Assembly: GCA_047967505.1 (NCBI GenBank)
Contig: CM106538.1
Length of the DNA stretch: 64,000 bases
Direction: 5' to 3' (one strand)
Origin: Dipteris shenzhenensis
Lineage: Eukaryota
Shown: positions 13,352 through 25,500 of the stretch, one piece after another
Numbering within the stretch: the first letter of the stretch is position 1
Layout: each line of letters opens with the position of its first letter
Program-made: the position numbers and the translations under genes
The notes under the pieces: model-generated
The model's database searches: none
Seen by the model: the letters and a program-made list of their open reading frames with translations, nothing else
Told to the model about the DNA's origin: nothing

Positions 13352-13655
13352 AATTTTCATTTGCAATTCATCATATTTCCATTTCCAACTCATCATATTT
13401 CCATTTGCAAGTCTTGTAGTTTTTAAATATTCCTAAAATAAATTTTGCACTATTTTGAAATGGATTTATGTTTTTTCATTGGTTCTTTAAGATTTATGTT
13501 TTTTCATTGGTTGTTTAGGATTTATGTTTTGAAATTTTGAGAAAACAATCTTCTGCAATAGGATGAGAAGCAGATATGTTTAAATGTATGTATGTATCAT
13601 GTCCTGAACTCGTATATTTGTTATTATGTTTAGGGTTTAGCACTTCACCAAAAAA

Positions 13656-14895
13656 ATGGAATCGTCATCAAGAACACCCTCTCGACCATCCACACAGGTC
13701 GAGTACGAAGCCCAAGATGAACACACTCATGGTAGTCAATCGATGCAATTCATGATGGACATGGATGATGCTACCATGCATCTATCACTAAAAGAGCAAA
13801 CAAAGGCAATTGCCCAAGCCAGTATTTTCCACAACCCTAATGGCATGAAGTATGCGGCTATACGTCTCCTCATCTCAGATGATGATTTAGAGACCATATG
13901 GGATTGTAGCAAAAATGCTCCTAAACATGGGTGATGGTCCCTTACGCAATGTTATAATGAAGCCATGAAAGAGAATGCACAATGCATCTCGGAGATGATT
14001 TTTGCAAGGAAATTTCGCTTAGAAATTCCCAAATACTTTGCAAAGATGCTATATGCAAAGTTTGTGCTTGGGTGTGAAGTGGACTTTGCCTCAAACACTC
14101 GAGCATGTGAGGATCTACGTACACCAAGCGGAGCCAGGGTAGTCGAGAACCTCCACAAAGCATTGGTACTCCAGTCTTAGGTGAATATAATATTTTAAAT
14201 ATGTCAATCATTTACTTTGAGTTTTTTTGAAGAATTCCAACCCAACATCAATTGATAAGTTTGTATGTGACTTTATTGAATGTGTAGCCTCTATCACAAG
14301 TTTAGATCTCTATATAAATGTCAAAGAGGGAGCTAGACAGGAAACATGTATTGAGCGAGATGTCACATTTATGGCTGCCAATGTACGAGATGCAATAGCA
14401 GAGCATCGACGAGTGTTGCAAGAACTTGAGCAGGTGGGAAGCGACAATGAAAGAATGCATGCACTATTATCCCAAACTGGTCAGCAGCTTGATATCAAGA
14501 ATGCATACACAGAGACGTGCATAATAGTAAGCAATTATTCTCAGCAAGCGCATGATGCACAAGCCGCCTTGCAACATATTGAAGATGAGGGCATAGTCTC
14601 CACAATCAGTCATGATTTTGTTGGCCTTGCCGTGTGCAAACTGTCCAGGATACCTAGAACATTACAATACATCGTGGACGGGCCATGTTGTCCAATCTGC
14701 TAGGATCGTTTTGATAGGGAAATAGGATACTATGCCCTCCGTTGTGATCATCGCTTTCACCTTGTTTGTTTGGTGAATACCTTAAAGGTGAGAAGTGCAT
14801 GTGTGGCATGCAATGCTCCTGTGGCATGTGAGTTGTATGACATGCTCAGCATCGATGCAACATACTCTCCCGATCCAAGGCTACGTTCAATTTAA
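13656..14895 (+). pseudogene. Coiled-coil plus C-terminal RING-H2 protein pseudogene (putative E3 ligase)
   Basis: Fragments 13656-14180 and 14233-14895 join in frame through a candidate phase-0 GT..AG intron (14181-14232). Reading through TAG 14701 gives CPIC-x14-CDH-RF-HLVC-x10-CVAC. Confidence 0.78.
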
Positions 14896-15639
14896 ATGCT
14901 AAGGAGAGGAAGATTTTTGTATCCAAACATATTTATAATATAAAATTAATTTTTGGGCAAGTACTGATATCTATTTGCAATAAATATTTTGAAGGTTTGT
15001 TTCAAAGGTGTATTGATTTAATATTTTTGTTACAATGGTGTATTCTCAATTCTGTATAAATTTGTTTACGATGATAATTGAAATGTATGTTATTCTCATA
15101 AATGTAATACTTTGTTTTAGTAGTCGATCATCTCCATCATCCATGGCGATCTTCCTCACAATACTAATGCTTATTGTCGCTAGCATGGTGCTCAAGATAA
15201 TGATTGTTTGCCGCTGTTTCATCGTGCTATATTGCCATGGGCTGCATTTTCCACTGGGCACTCAAAGAACCCACGTACCAGCCACCGCAGGGTCTACTCA
15301 AGGAACTTTAATAAGAGATCATAGTTTGAAAATAATAATTTTGTAACAACTACATCCTTCATTGTTTTACTACTACTTTCTAAGCTAGGAGAAATTGTTA
15401 ATCTAATATCCTTAGTCCTCAATATTGTTTTTTCCTATGTATATTGAACTATGGGGTCTGAATTCTAATAAAAGCTACAAATTAAAACGGATGTAATATA
15501 ATCATACCTAATTTGATTTACCTAATAATCTATAAAATATAAGGGCAGTGAACCTATGTATATCACTATCTTTCCACACCATACGCAACATAATTTTGCA
15601 AGTTGCTATGAGCCGATAATTGCGAGCTCCACAATTGGC

Positions 15640-15882
15640 TAGACTTCAAGCGAGATGCAAACGGCTGACATAAGCGAGCCTGCAACCGGCTCAAAGTCAA
15701 ATATTTCCTCATCACTCTTGAATACTAGTTTGTAGAGTTTCAGTAATATATAGTATGAATTTTAACCACATACGAGATGTTCCAGGTTGGCTTAAGCGAA
15801 CCTCCATCCAGCACGTGGTATAATATTATTCATCAACAAACGAGTTGTTACAGGTCAACTTAAGCGAACCTCCAACCGGCCC
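15640..15882 (-). repeat. Dispersed motif copies resembling the reverse complement of the 10919-11455 motif
   Basis: taagcgagcctgcaaccggct, ttaagcgaacctccatccagc, ttaagcgaacctccaaccggccc versus reverse complement gaagcgagccatcacccggcc. Confidence 0.55.
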
Positions 15883-16313
15883 ATTGACTTTTTATTTAGG
15901 TATAGTTACAAGCTATAGCTACATGCTTATAAATAAATACATATGCTAAAAGTAAGAAAATCATACATGCAAACATAAACTATTCCAAAAGTAAATCATT
16001 TCATTCACTAATATCTACTCTACCATTTTCCTAAATTTTGTTAGTATCTATGTACTATATTTCATGCATCTAGGATGAAATCATAAGTTATGAAACAAAA
16101 CTAAAATTCCAAGCCATGCAACTACCTAGTCCTAAGTGATAAATCATGCCAAAGAGTTTACAATCTAGACAAGTAACAACTTCTATACGTCATGCATAAA
16201 ATCAAAATCACCTATTTTTTCAAACCTAAGTACAATATCACATGCAACTACCTTACTCTTCATCTATAAGTTATGAAACTAAATTAAAATTCCAAGCCAT
16301 GAAACTACCTAGT

Positions 16314-16712
16314 TGTTGGCTCTTTCCTACAGCTTTTGTAGGAAGAGCAGGGTATTCTCAGTATGTAGGGTTCCGAGGCTTTTTGTCACACCTACAGATA
16401 TATCGAGGTTGTCATTTGTAGTATACGTGTAGCTTAGGACCTCGAGTCATGTTCCGGTGAGAGACGTAGGCTTAAGTGTGGTAAGCAAACATAGTGCATG
16501 CAAGTGTAAAAGGAATGTGTATCATCATGGTTGAGGTAGTGAAGGCTTTCGCCTTCAGTGGGGGTTGCAGGGTTTAGGAGGAGTTTAAGGGTTAGAAGGA
16601 GGTTCCAGGGTTAGAAGGAGTTCCAAAGTTTAGAAGGAGGTTCCAAGGTTAGAAGGAGTTTTAAGGTTTAGAAGGAGGTTCGGAAAGAGAGAGAGAAAGA
16701 AAGAGAGAGGGG

Positions 16713-16773
<61 letters not shown>

Positions 16774-17816
16774 AGGGGGAGAGGGGGTGGTGGAGATGGA
16801 GGGGGGAGGGGGGAGGGGGGGAGGGGGAGGGGGTGGTGGAGATGGAGGGGGGGGGAAGGGGGATGGGGTGGTGGAGATGGAGGGGGGGAGGGGAAGGGGG
16901 TGGTGGAGATGGAGGGGGGGAGGGGGAAGGGGGTGGTGGAGATGGAGGGGGGGGAAAGGGGGGAGGGGATGGTGGAGATGGAGGGTGGGAGGGGGTGGTG
17001 TAGATGGAGGGGGGAAGGGGGAGGGGGTGATGGAGATGGAGGGGGGGGAAAAGGGGGAGGGGATGGTGGAGATGGAGGGGGGAGGGGGGGAAGAAAGAGG
17101 TGGTGGATGTGGGAGGGGTGGAGGGGGGAGGGGGTGGTGGAGATGGAGGGGGGAGGGGGAGGTGGTGGTGGAAGGGGGGGGGAAGAGAGAAGGAAAAAAA
17201 CTTGGATGGAAAACTTGACGAAAATCCAAAGGGAGGAAGAGGTGGTCACCTGAATGCTCTCCAAGTCTTTCTCGATGTAACGGGAGTGTCAAGGACCAAT
17301 GGACGGTTGGTGGATGGCTAGGTTATCGCTGTGAGATGGGCTCAAAGTCACTTACCATGTGAGGATGGGAGTAGGGTGGTGGTCGATGGAGAGGGAGAAG
17401 TGTCTTGCATAGGGCTCGGAATGAGGAAGAGGATGGAGGCAAAATGTGAAAGATGAAGAATGAGGGGGTGGAGTGGGTTTTTATAGGAAATGGGTTTAGG
17501 TTTGGGGTTAAACCCTATACTCTTCCTAAGCTGTAACTTTTTATGGATAGCTCGGTTGGCTCTTTTGCAAATAGGTGAAATGATCAAAATTACAAGCTCT
17601 ATGCATTCATGTCCACTACCTAGCATGATTGTTTATCAAGTGGCTTCTATTTAAGAAATAAAGAAAATTTCTTAAGGTAGTAAGCCAAGGTTGATGCTTG
17701 GGGTTGATATGTTTGGCTAGAAATGGAAAAAAAAATTAGTTTCCTTGCCCTTGAGTGTTATGTTCATGAAAGTTCGAAGAGTTTGTTTTTTTACACATAC
17801 TTGCGTATGTTTACTC
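16314..17816 (-). mobile_element. G-family remnant G3: 5' UTR fused directly to the 3' end of an LTR
   Basis: 16314-16683 is the reverse complement of the LTR end (..gagccaaca); 16684-17190 is a GA/GGAGAT tract; 17190-17816 is the reverse complement of G1 5' UTR 23160-23800. Confidence 0.88.
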
Positions 17817-18390
17817 GGTGATTGGTAATTTTTACTACACTCATAGTGATCATGCATGCTTTCACCCTTTTGGTGGGTGGGTGAGTGAGTGATGGCTTGG
17901 TAATTTTAACTGCCAGCCCGGTGGAATCATAGCCATGATAGACGTGGCTATAATCGCTCATTACCATGCACTCTAGTACGCTACTCCAACATGCAATCTT
18001 GGTGATTGCTAATTTTTTCTACACTCGTAGTGATCACACATGCTTAAGTCAGGTAGTGGGTAAGCGGTGGTTGATAATTTTAACTGCTAGCCCGGTGGAA
18101 TCGTAGCCATGATAGACATGGCCAGAGCCACCACCATTGGGCAGTAATTCCCACAAAAGTAAATCATGAAGCCTAATCACCTCTAATCCCTCATTACCAT
18201 GCCTTCTAGTAATCTCCTGAGTATGGAAGCCTGGTGTTGGTAATTTATTGCACTCATAATAATCATGCAAGCAAGCCCGATGGTGGTAGTTGGAAGGTGA
18301 GTAATTGTGAGCCACTCAGAGTGGATGGGAATTAACTGCCAGCCCGGTGGGTCTTAGCCATGCCACCACAGACGTGGCTAGGAATCTTAG
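17817..18390. repeat. Three diverged tandem units (~185-230 bp)
   Basis: ggtgatt..taattt..cactc.tagtgatca and taactgc.agcccggtgg..tagccatg recur in units starting 17817, 18001, 18233. Confidence 0.75.
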
Positions 18391-18481
18391 ATGTCATCAC
18401 CCTTCATCTCCACCACCACCTCTCCCCCTTCCCCCTCCCCCTTCCATCTCCACCACCCCCTCTCCCCCTCCCCCTTCCCCC

Positions 18482-21400
18482 TATTGAGATATCGAGCTCG
18501 ATATGCCAGGGTGACTGTTGTGCATTTATGTCACCGACTTGTTAGCTACATATGCGGTTGGTACACCGCCCACAAATAATAGCTGGATGACAGCTATCCT
18601 TATCTACACTAGTTCGTGGCTCAGTTAGTATGCCACCTTAGTTAGTTGAGTTTGGTTTTGAGACCCACATATAGGGTCTTCTATTTCTTTGTACTTGAGT
18701 TCTTTTGGCTTACACAACTAAGAAGAGGAAAACTGTTTTCAGCCTCCACCTGTGTGTGTATTCCCCCATTATGATTATGAGAAAGCCTCAAGTGAGACTC
18801 CTTCCCTCTCTCCCACTATCTTCACATGGTATCAGAGCCTTGTTTGTGGTAAGGAGCTCAAGAAAGCAAACCAAGTTCGCAGTGTCCTGGTAAGAGGACC
18901 AGTGTTGCTTTCCTTTTTCGAGTTTGGGAGCAAATCTCTACAGGTAGCACAGCCGGAAGTGCAAGAGTGCACTGGTCTCAGATTGAGACGCCCTTCGCGG
19001 TGTGGCGAGAGGGCATTATATGCTGCGGGCAAGGGCGAAGCCCTCGATGAATTTATTTTTCTGATTCGAGGTCATTTCGGGGACCGTTTTGGAGGCGGAA
19101 GTTCTCCGCAGGCACTCAAAAAAAGGCCCTGTTTTTGCTGTGCGACCACTGTTCTGCAGGTCGGTGAAAAGTTACCACAGAAATTGCATCGTATGCCTAT
19201 GCGCACAGACATTGGGAGTTGCAGATTCATGCTTGTTGCCTGTTGATGCAAAATCGTCACTAGGAAGTGACTGTGTGGTGAAATACCACTTTCGTCAGTT
19301 TTGCAGATCTGCCCGTGTGAGGCAAAAGCTGTGTTTTTTGCAGTGACAGAATATTTTGCAGTGTTCTATAATGGCATCTGATTCTTTTTCACAGATTGTC
19401 ACTGAAAAGCTTAACAAGAACAACTTCCAAGCATGGAAGTTTAGAATGACGAATTTCTTGATGGGAAAAGGCTATTAGAAGTTCATTATAGGAAATGAAG
19501 AAGAACCTGTTCTTCCTAATGTTCCCAATCAACAGGAAATGCAGGCATTTAAAGGATGGCATGAGAGAGCCAGGAAAGTTATGTATCAGTATTTCGAACT
19601 CCATGATTGTGCATATTCAGGATGCAAGTACGCCAAAGGAGGCATGGGATACTTTGGCAAAAATGTACAGCACAAATACGCAAGCCAGGAAAATGCAGCT
19701 CCAAGCAGGAGCTGCACAATGTGCAGAGAGAAAATATGAGCATCAATGACTACCACATGAAGGTGAAGAAAATTGCAGATGCACTTGCTTCCATTGGGTC
19801 GCCAGTGGATGATGACGATTTAGTTTCTGTGACCTTGAATGGTCTAGGAAAGGATTATGCACAGTTCCGGACATCCATTGCCGTCCGTGAAAAATTTCCT
19901 GATTTTGAGGAGTTGATTGCTCTTCTAATTTCTGAAGAGTAGAGAAATGGTGGTGCATCTTCTTCAGGAGGAACTTCAAAAGAAACTGTCTTCTACTCAA
20001 ATGCTGGAAGGGGTAGAGGCAGAGGTAGAGGAGGCCGATCTGGAGGCCGTGGTAGAAATCAGAATATGCAGCAAACCCAAGAAAACCAGTCCTATGCAGG
20101 AGGACGTGGTAACTCTAGAGGCAGGGGGAGCCAAAGAGGTCGTGGTGGATGGCAGAGAGGCCAAAATGCAAACAGCAATGTTGAATGCTACTACTGTGGT
20201 AAAATGGGGCATATGGCTATAGACTGCTACAAAAAGCAGAATGACATTATGAATGGAAAATTGCAGCAAGGCAATTATGCATCCTCTAGTGTTGTCTGAT
20301 GTATTTCATGTCCCGAACAGCACCAAGAACCTGGTTTCTGCAAAGCAATGCAGAGAGTGCTATGCAGGCATCACGAAAAGGAAAAGAGAAGGTAGATCAG
20401 CCCATGTTTGATGTGAATGCAGGTCACTCTTGTGTGGATGGTGAATCCAGTGGCTCAGAACAAGAGCATTGATGATGAGTTGGGTATTCCTTCTGTTGTT
20501 ACACCTGGAGTAAGGAAGACCAGGGATGTTTTGAGAGCACCTGGAAGTGAGCCTATTTTGCACAGGTCTACCAGGGTTAGGTATCCTGTGGATAGGCTAA
20601 AATATGATGGATTTACAGCCATTCACTATGCCTATATGGTCAAGGTGATACAGGAACCAGAACCCACTTCTTTTGAGCAAGCCATGGGAAATGAAAAATG
20701 GGAGAAAGCCATGGATGAAGAAATGGATGCCTTGGATGCAAATGCTACATGGGAATTGGTGCCTTTTCCTAAAGACAAGAATGCAATTGGCTGTAAGTGG
20801 GTTTATAAGATCAAGCACAATGCAGATGGTTCTATGAATAGATACAAGGCAAGATTAGTTGTCAAGGGGTATGCACAGACATATGGCATTGATTATGAAG
20901 AAACTTTCAGCTCGGTTGCAAGGATGGCAACCATAAGAGCAGCCATTGCTATGGCCGCATCAAAGGGATGGTCTTTACATCATATGGATGTAAAGAATGC
21001 CTTCTTGCATGGTGATTTGCAAGAAGAGGTCTTTATGGAGCAGCCAGCAGGTTATGTTCATGCTATTCATCCTGAGTTTGTTTGCAGGTTGAAGAAAGCC
21101 TTGTTTGGCTTGAAGCAAGCACCTAGAGCATGGTCTGACAAGATAGGACAGTATCTTGTCACTATTGGCTTTCAGATTTCCAAGGCAAATTTCTCACTCT
21201 ATGTGAGAAAAACAGAGAAAGGGATTATGCTGCTTGTCATTTATGTTGATGATTTGATCATCACAGGTGATAGTGATGAAGATATCCTTCATGTGAAAAT
21301 GCTATTGAGGCAAAAGTTTGAGATGAAGGATTTGGGAGAGCTACGTTATTTCTTGGGCATTGAGGTGATTAGATCACCAAGTGGGATACAGCTCTTGCAG

Positions 21401-21582
21401 AGGCAGCATGGACTGGACATGCTGTCCAAATATGGGATGACAGCAGGCTGTAAGCCTATTTCAATTCCTTTGGAGCAGAATGTGAAGCTGAGCGCAGATG
21501 CAGGTGAGCTTTTGGAAGACCCTACTATGTACAGACGCATAGTAGGAAGTTTGATTTACATGACTATTACCAGGCCAGATTA
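18482..21582 (+). mobile_element. Copia family A, copy 2 (internally deleted, runs into the gap)
   Basis: 5' LTR 18482-18826; PBS TGGTATCAGAGCC 18827-18839; gag from ATG 19371; protease active site and integrase deleted at 20290-20341; RT with YVDD in 20417-21582. Confidence 0.93.
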
Positions 21583-21682
21583 NNNNNNNNNNNNNNNNNN
21601 NNNNNNNNNNNNNNNNNNNNNNNNNNNNNNNNNNNNNNNNNNNNNNNNNNNNNNNNNNNNNNNNNNNNNNNNNNNNNNNNNN
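21583..21682. other. Assembly gap (100 N)
   Basis: Exactly 100 N, probably unsized, so adjacency across it is unproven. Confidence 0.99.
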
Positions 21683-21888
21683 TTCTCTCTCTAGGCCCCC
21701 CCCTCACCGACCGCTCCCTATACTACTAACCACTAACCTAAACTAAACTATACTAACTATGCAAGGGCCTTAAGGCCCTTACTGTTGGGCACGGCATTGC
21801 AGTGGCAGCCGTCGGAACGGTGGCACCCGCGCAGCACTGGTTGGGCCGCGCAATGATGATGCCTGCCCACCCTCAGCCACTGCCCGAT

Positions 21889-23120
21889 TGTTGACTCTGT
21901 GCCAACATGAACTTATGAAGAAAGAGAAGGTGTTACAACTTTGTGATACAACTTTGTGTTACAACTTCTAGACACAACTTTGTGTTATGACTTTGTGTTA
22001 CAAGTTTGTCTACATGAAGAGAGAGAATGTGTTACGACTTTGTGACACAACTTTGTGTTACAACTTTGTGTAACAACTTTGTGTAACAACTTTGTGTTAC
22101 AACTTTGTGTTACAACTTCTACATGTAGAGAGAGAATGTGTTACAACTTTGTGTTACAACTTTGTGATACAACTTTGTGTTACAACTTTGTGATACGACT
22201 TTGTGTTACATGCAGAGAGAGAAGCTCTCTAACTTGTATAAATACCCCATAATGGAATGAATCCCACACTCTTTGGGGCATTGTGTTGAGTCTACTTTGG
22301 TATTCCAAGCATTTGTCTCAAGTGTCCATGCTTCCTTGCACTGCACGTCCAAAAGCATGTCCTAACCTTGCAACCCTTTTCCCCTCTCCTCCAACCCTGC
22401 AACCCAACCTCTCCGTCTCCTCCTCCCTCCTCCTCCTTCCTCCTTCTCCTCCTCCTCCCTCCTCCTCCTCCTCCTCCTCCTCCTCCCTCCTCCTCCTCCT
22501 CCTCTCTCCTCCCCCTCCCTCCTCCTCTTCCCTCCTCCTCCTTCCTCCTCTCTCTTCTTTCACCCATGCTCTTACACCTTCTTCCTCTCCCACTCCTATG
22601 CTTTCCTAAACCCTTAAACTCCATGATCTACGAGGGAGACGAGTTCTCCACCATGTACTCTACTCTGAACCTTGGAATCCTCCTTCTAACCCTGGACTCC
22701 TTCTAAACCTTGGAACCTCCTTCTAAACCCTGGAACTCTTTCTAAACCCTGGAACCTCCTTCTGAACCCTGGAACTCTTTCTGAACCCTGGAACCTCTTT
22801 CTGAACCCTGGAACTCCTCCTAAACCCTGGAACCTCCTTCTGAATCCTTAAACTCCTCCTAAACCCTACAACCCCCAATGAAGGCGAAAGCCTTCATTAC
22901 CTCAACAAAGATGGTTTACGTGCCTTTTACACATGCTTGCACTTTGTTTGCTTACCACACTTAAGCCTACATCTCTCACTGGAACATGACTCGAGGTCCT
23001 AAGCTACACATATACTACAACCGACAATCCCAATATATCTGTAGGTGACAAAAAGCCTCGGAACCCTGCAAACATAGAATACCCAGCTCTTCCTACGAAA
23101 GCAGTAGGAAAGAGCCAACA
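21889..23120 (+). repeat. G1 5' LTR
   Basis: 13-bp tgttacaactttg array, TATAAATA at ~22237, (CCT)n tract, ~20-bp ctaaaccctggaacc array; near-identical to 36973-38193. Confidence 0.97.
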
Positions 23121-23122
23121 TT

Positions 23123-23140
23123 TGGCACCGCTGCCGGGGA
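23123..23140 (+). promoter_or_regulatory. Primer binding site, tRNA-Asp type
   Basis: TGGCACCGCTGCCGGGGA 2 nt after the LTR, close to the Athila-type TGGCGCCGTTGCCGGGGA. Confidence 0.85.
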
Positions 23141-23799
23141 GACTAGCATCTCAAGTAGTGAGTAAACATATGTAGGTATGTGTAAAACAAGTCACTACTT
23201 CAAACTTTCACGAACAAAACACTCAAGGGCAAGGAGAGTAAAATTTTTTTCCAATTCTAGCCAAACATATGAACCCCAAACATCCACTTTGGGTTACTAC
23301 CTTAAGAAATTTTCTTAATTTCTTAAATAGAAGCCACATGATATACAATCAGGCTAGGTAGTGGACATGGATGCATAGAGCTTTCAATTTCGATCATTTT
23401 ACCTTTTTACAGAAAAGCAAACCGAGCTCTCCATAAAGAGTTATGGCTCGGGAAGAGTTTAGGGTTAAACCCTAAACCTAAACCCTAAACCTAAAATCCA
23501 ATCCTATAAAAACCTACTCCACCCCCCTCATTCTTCATCTTTCACTTTTTGCCTCCATTCTCTTCTTCATTCCGAGCCCCACGCAAGACACTCCTCCCTC
23601 TCCATCGACCACCCCCTTACTCCTATCCTCGCAATGTAAGTGACATCGAGCCCTTCTCGCAGCGATGACCTAGCCTTCCACCCACCGTCCATTGTTCCGC
23701 AACAATCCCGTTACATCGAGAAAGACTTGGAGAGCGTTCAGGTGACCACTTCTCCTTGCTTTTCGATTTTCGTCTTTCAGGTTTTTTGCTCTTTTTTAC

Positions 23800-25500
23800 A
23801 CCTCCCCCCTCCCACTCCATCACCACCACCTCCCCCCTCCCCCTTCACCACCACCTCCCCCCTCCCCCTTCACCACCACCTCCCCCTCCCCCCTCCCCCT
23901 CCATCTCCACCACCTCCCCCCTCCCCCCTCCATCTCCACCACCACCTCCCCCCTCCCCCTTCCTCTCCACCTCCCCCTCCCCCCTCCCCCTCCATCTCCC
24001 CCTCCCCCTCCCCCCTCCCCCCTCCATCTCCCCCTCCCCCTCCCCCCTCAAACTCCATCTCCACCACCACCTCCCCCCTCCCCCTTCCTCTCCACCTCCC
24101 CCTCCCCCCTCCCCCTCCATCTCCACCTCCCCCTCCCCCTCCATCTCCACCACCACCACCACCTCCCCCCTCCCCCTTCCTCTCCACCTCCCCCTCCCCC
24201 CTCCCCCTCCATCTCCACCTCCCCCTCCCCCTCCCCCTCCATCTCCACCACCACCTCCCCCCTCCCCCTCCATCTCCACCTCCCCCTCCCCCCTCCCCCT
24301 CCATCTCCACCACCACCTCCCCCCTCCCCCTTCACCACCACCTCCCCCTCTCCCCCTCCCCCTTCATCTCCACCTCCCCCTCTCCCCCTCCCCCTTCATC
24401 TCCACCTCCCCCTCCCCCCTCCCCCTTCATCTCCACCCCCCTCTCCCCCTCCCCCACCACCTCCACCACCTCCCTTTCACTCTCTCTCTTTCTTTCTCTC
24501 TCCTCCCTCCCCTTTCTCTCTCTTTCTCTCTCTCTCCCTCCACCTTCTCTCTCCTTTCTCTCTCCTCTCTCCCCCTTTTCCCCTCTCTCTCTCTTCTCTC
24601 TCTCCACCTCCCCCCCTCACTCTCTCCTCTCTCCCCCTCGTTCTCTCTCCCACCCCCTCTCTCTCTCACTCTCTCCTCTCTCCCCCTCATTCTCTCCCCC
24701 CTTACGCTCGCCCCTCCACCCCCCACCCCGCCCCCCCCTCTCCTCTCTCTCCCCCTTACCCCCTCCCCCTTACCCCCCCCTCTCTGTAAACCCCCACCTC
24801 CCACGCCCCCCCACCCCCCGCCTCGCGGCGGCGCACACAGTGCCGCCCGCCCCCTCTCTCTAACCCCCCACCCCCCGCCCCGCGGCGGTGCTCTGCAGCG
24901 CCGCCGCCACCGCCCCCGCGCACCCCCCAACCCTCCTCGCCACTCTCCGCCCCCTCTTTCTAAACCCCCCTGCCCCGCGGTGGTGCACGCAGCGCCGCCC
25001 CGCCCCCTCTCTCTAATCTAACCCCCCACGAACTACCCCACCCCCCTCCCGCGGTGGCGCTCTGCAGCGCCACCGCCGCCGCCCCCGCGCACCCCCCAAC
25101 TCTCCCCGCCGCTCTCCGCCCCCTCTCTCTAGTCCCTGCCCCGCCCGTGCGCTCTAGCCCCCCGCCCCCTCTCTCATCCCCCCGCCTCGCCCCGCGGTGG
25201 TGCTGTGTGCACCGCCCTGCCCCGCTCTCTGTCCCCCGCTTCTGTCCCCCGCCGCCCCGCCCTGCGCCCACCCCGCTCCCGCTACGCCCGCGGTGCCTAC
25301 GCCGCCCCCGCTCAGTGCCACCCCCCGCACCACCTCCCCGCCCCCCTCCCCTCCACTCGCGCCCTCTCCCCTGCACCCCCGAACCCCCTCCGCCTACCCC
25401 CCCTGCGCAACCACCCCCCCTGCGCAACCCCCCCTGCACCAACCCCCCTTGCAAAACCCCGCCACCCCCCCCTGGACGCCGCCATCGGACGCCCCCCAGC
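23800..25500 (+). repeat. C-rich low-complexity tract in the G1 5' UTR
   Basis: (CCCCCT)/(CTCCAT)/(CACCAC) mosaics, then CT-rich and GC-rich segments. Confidence 0.9.

Noticed and set aside
15035-15346. Hydrophobic 103-aa ORF as a third cassette gene
   Set aside because: AT-rich, no motif, no supporting paralog in the window
16630-17321. Pro-rich and Gly/Glu-rich ORFs
   Set aside because: Same low-complexity tract in remnant G3
18482-21888. Copia copy 2 nested in G2
   Set aside because: The 100-N gap hides the Copia 3' end and the G2 5' LTR, so the relationship cannot be established
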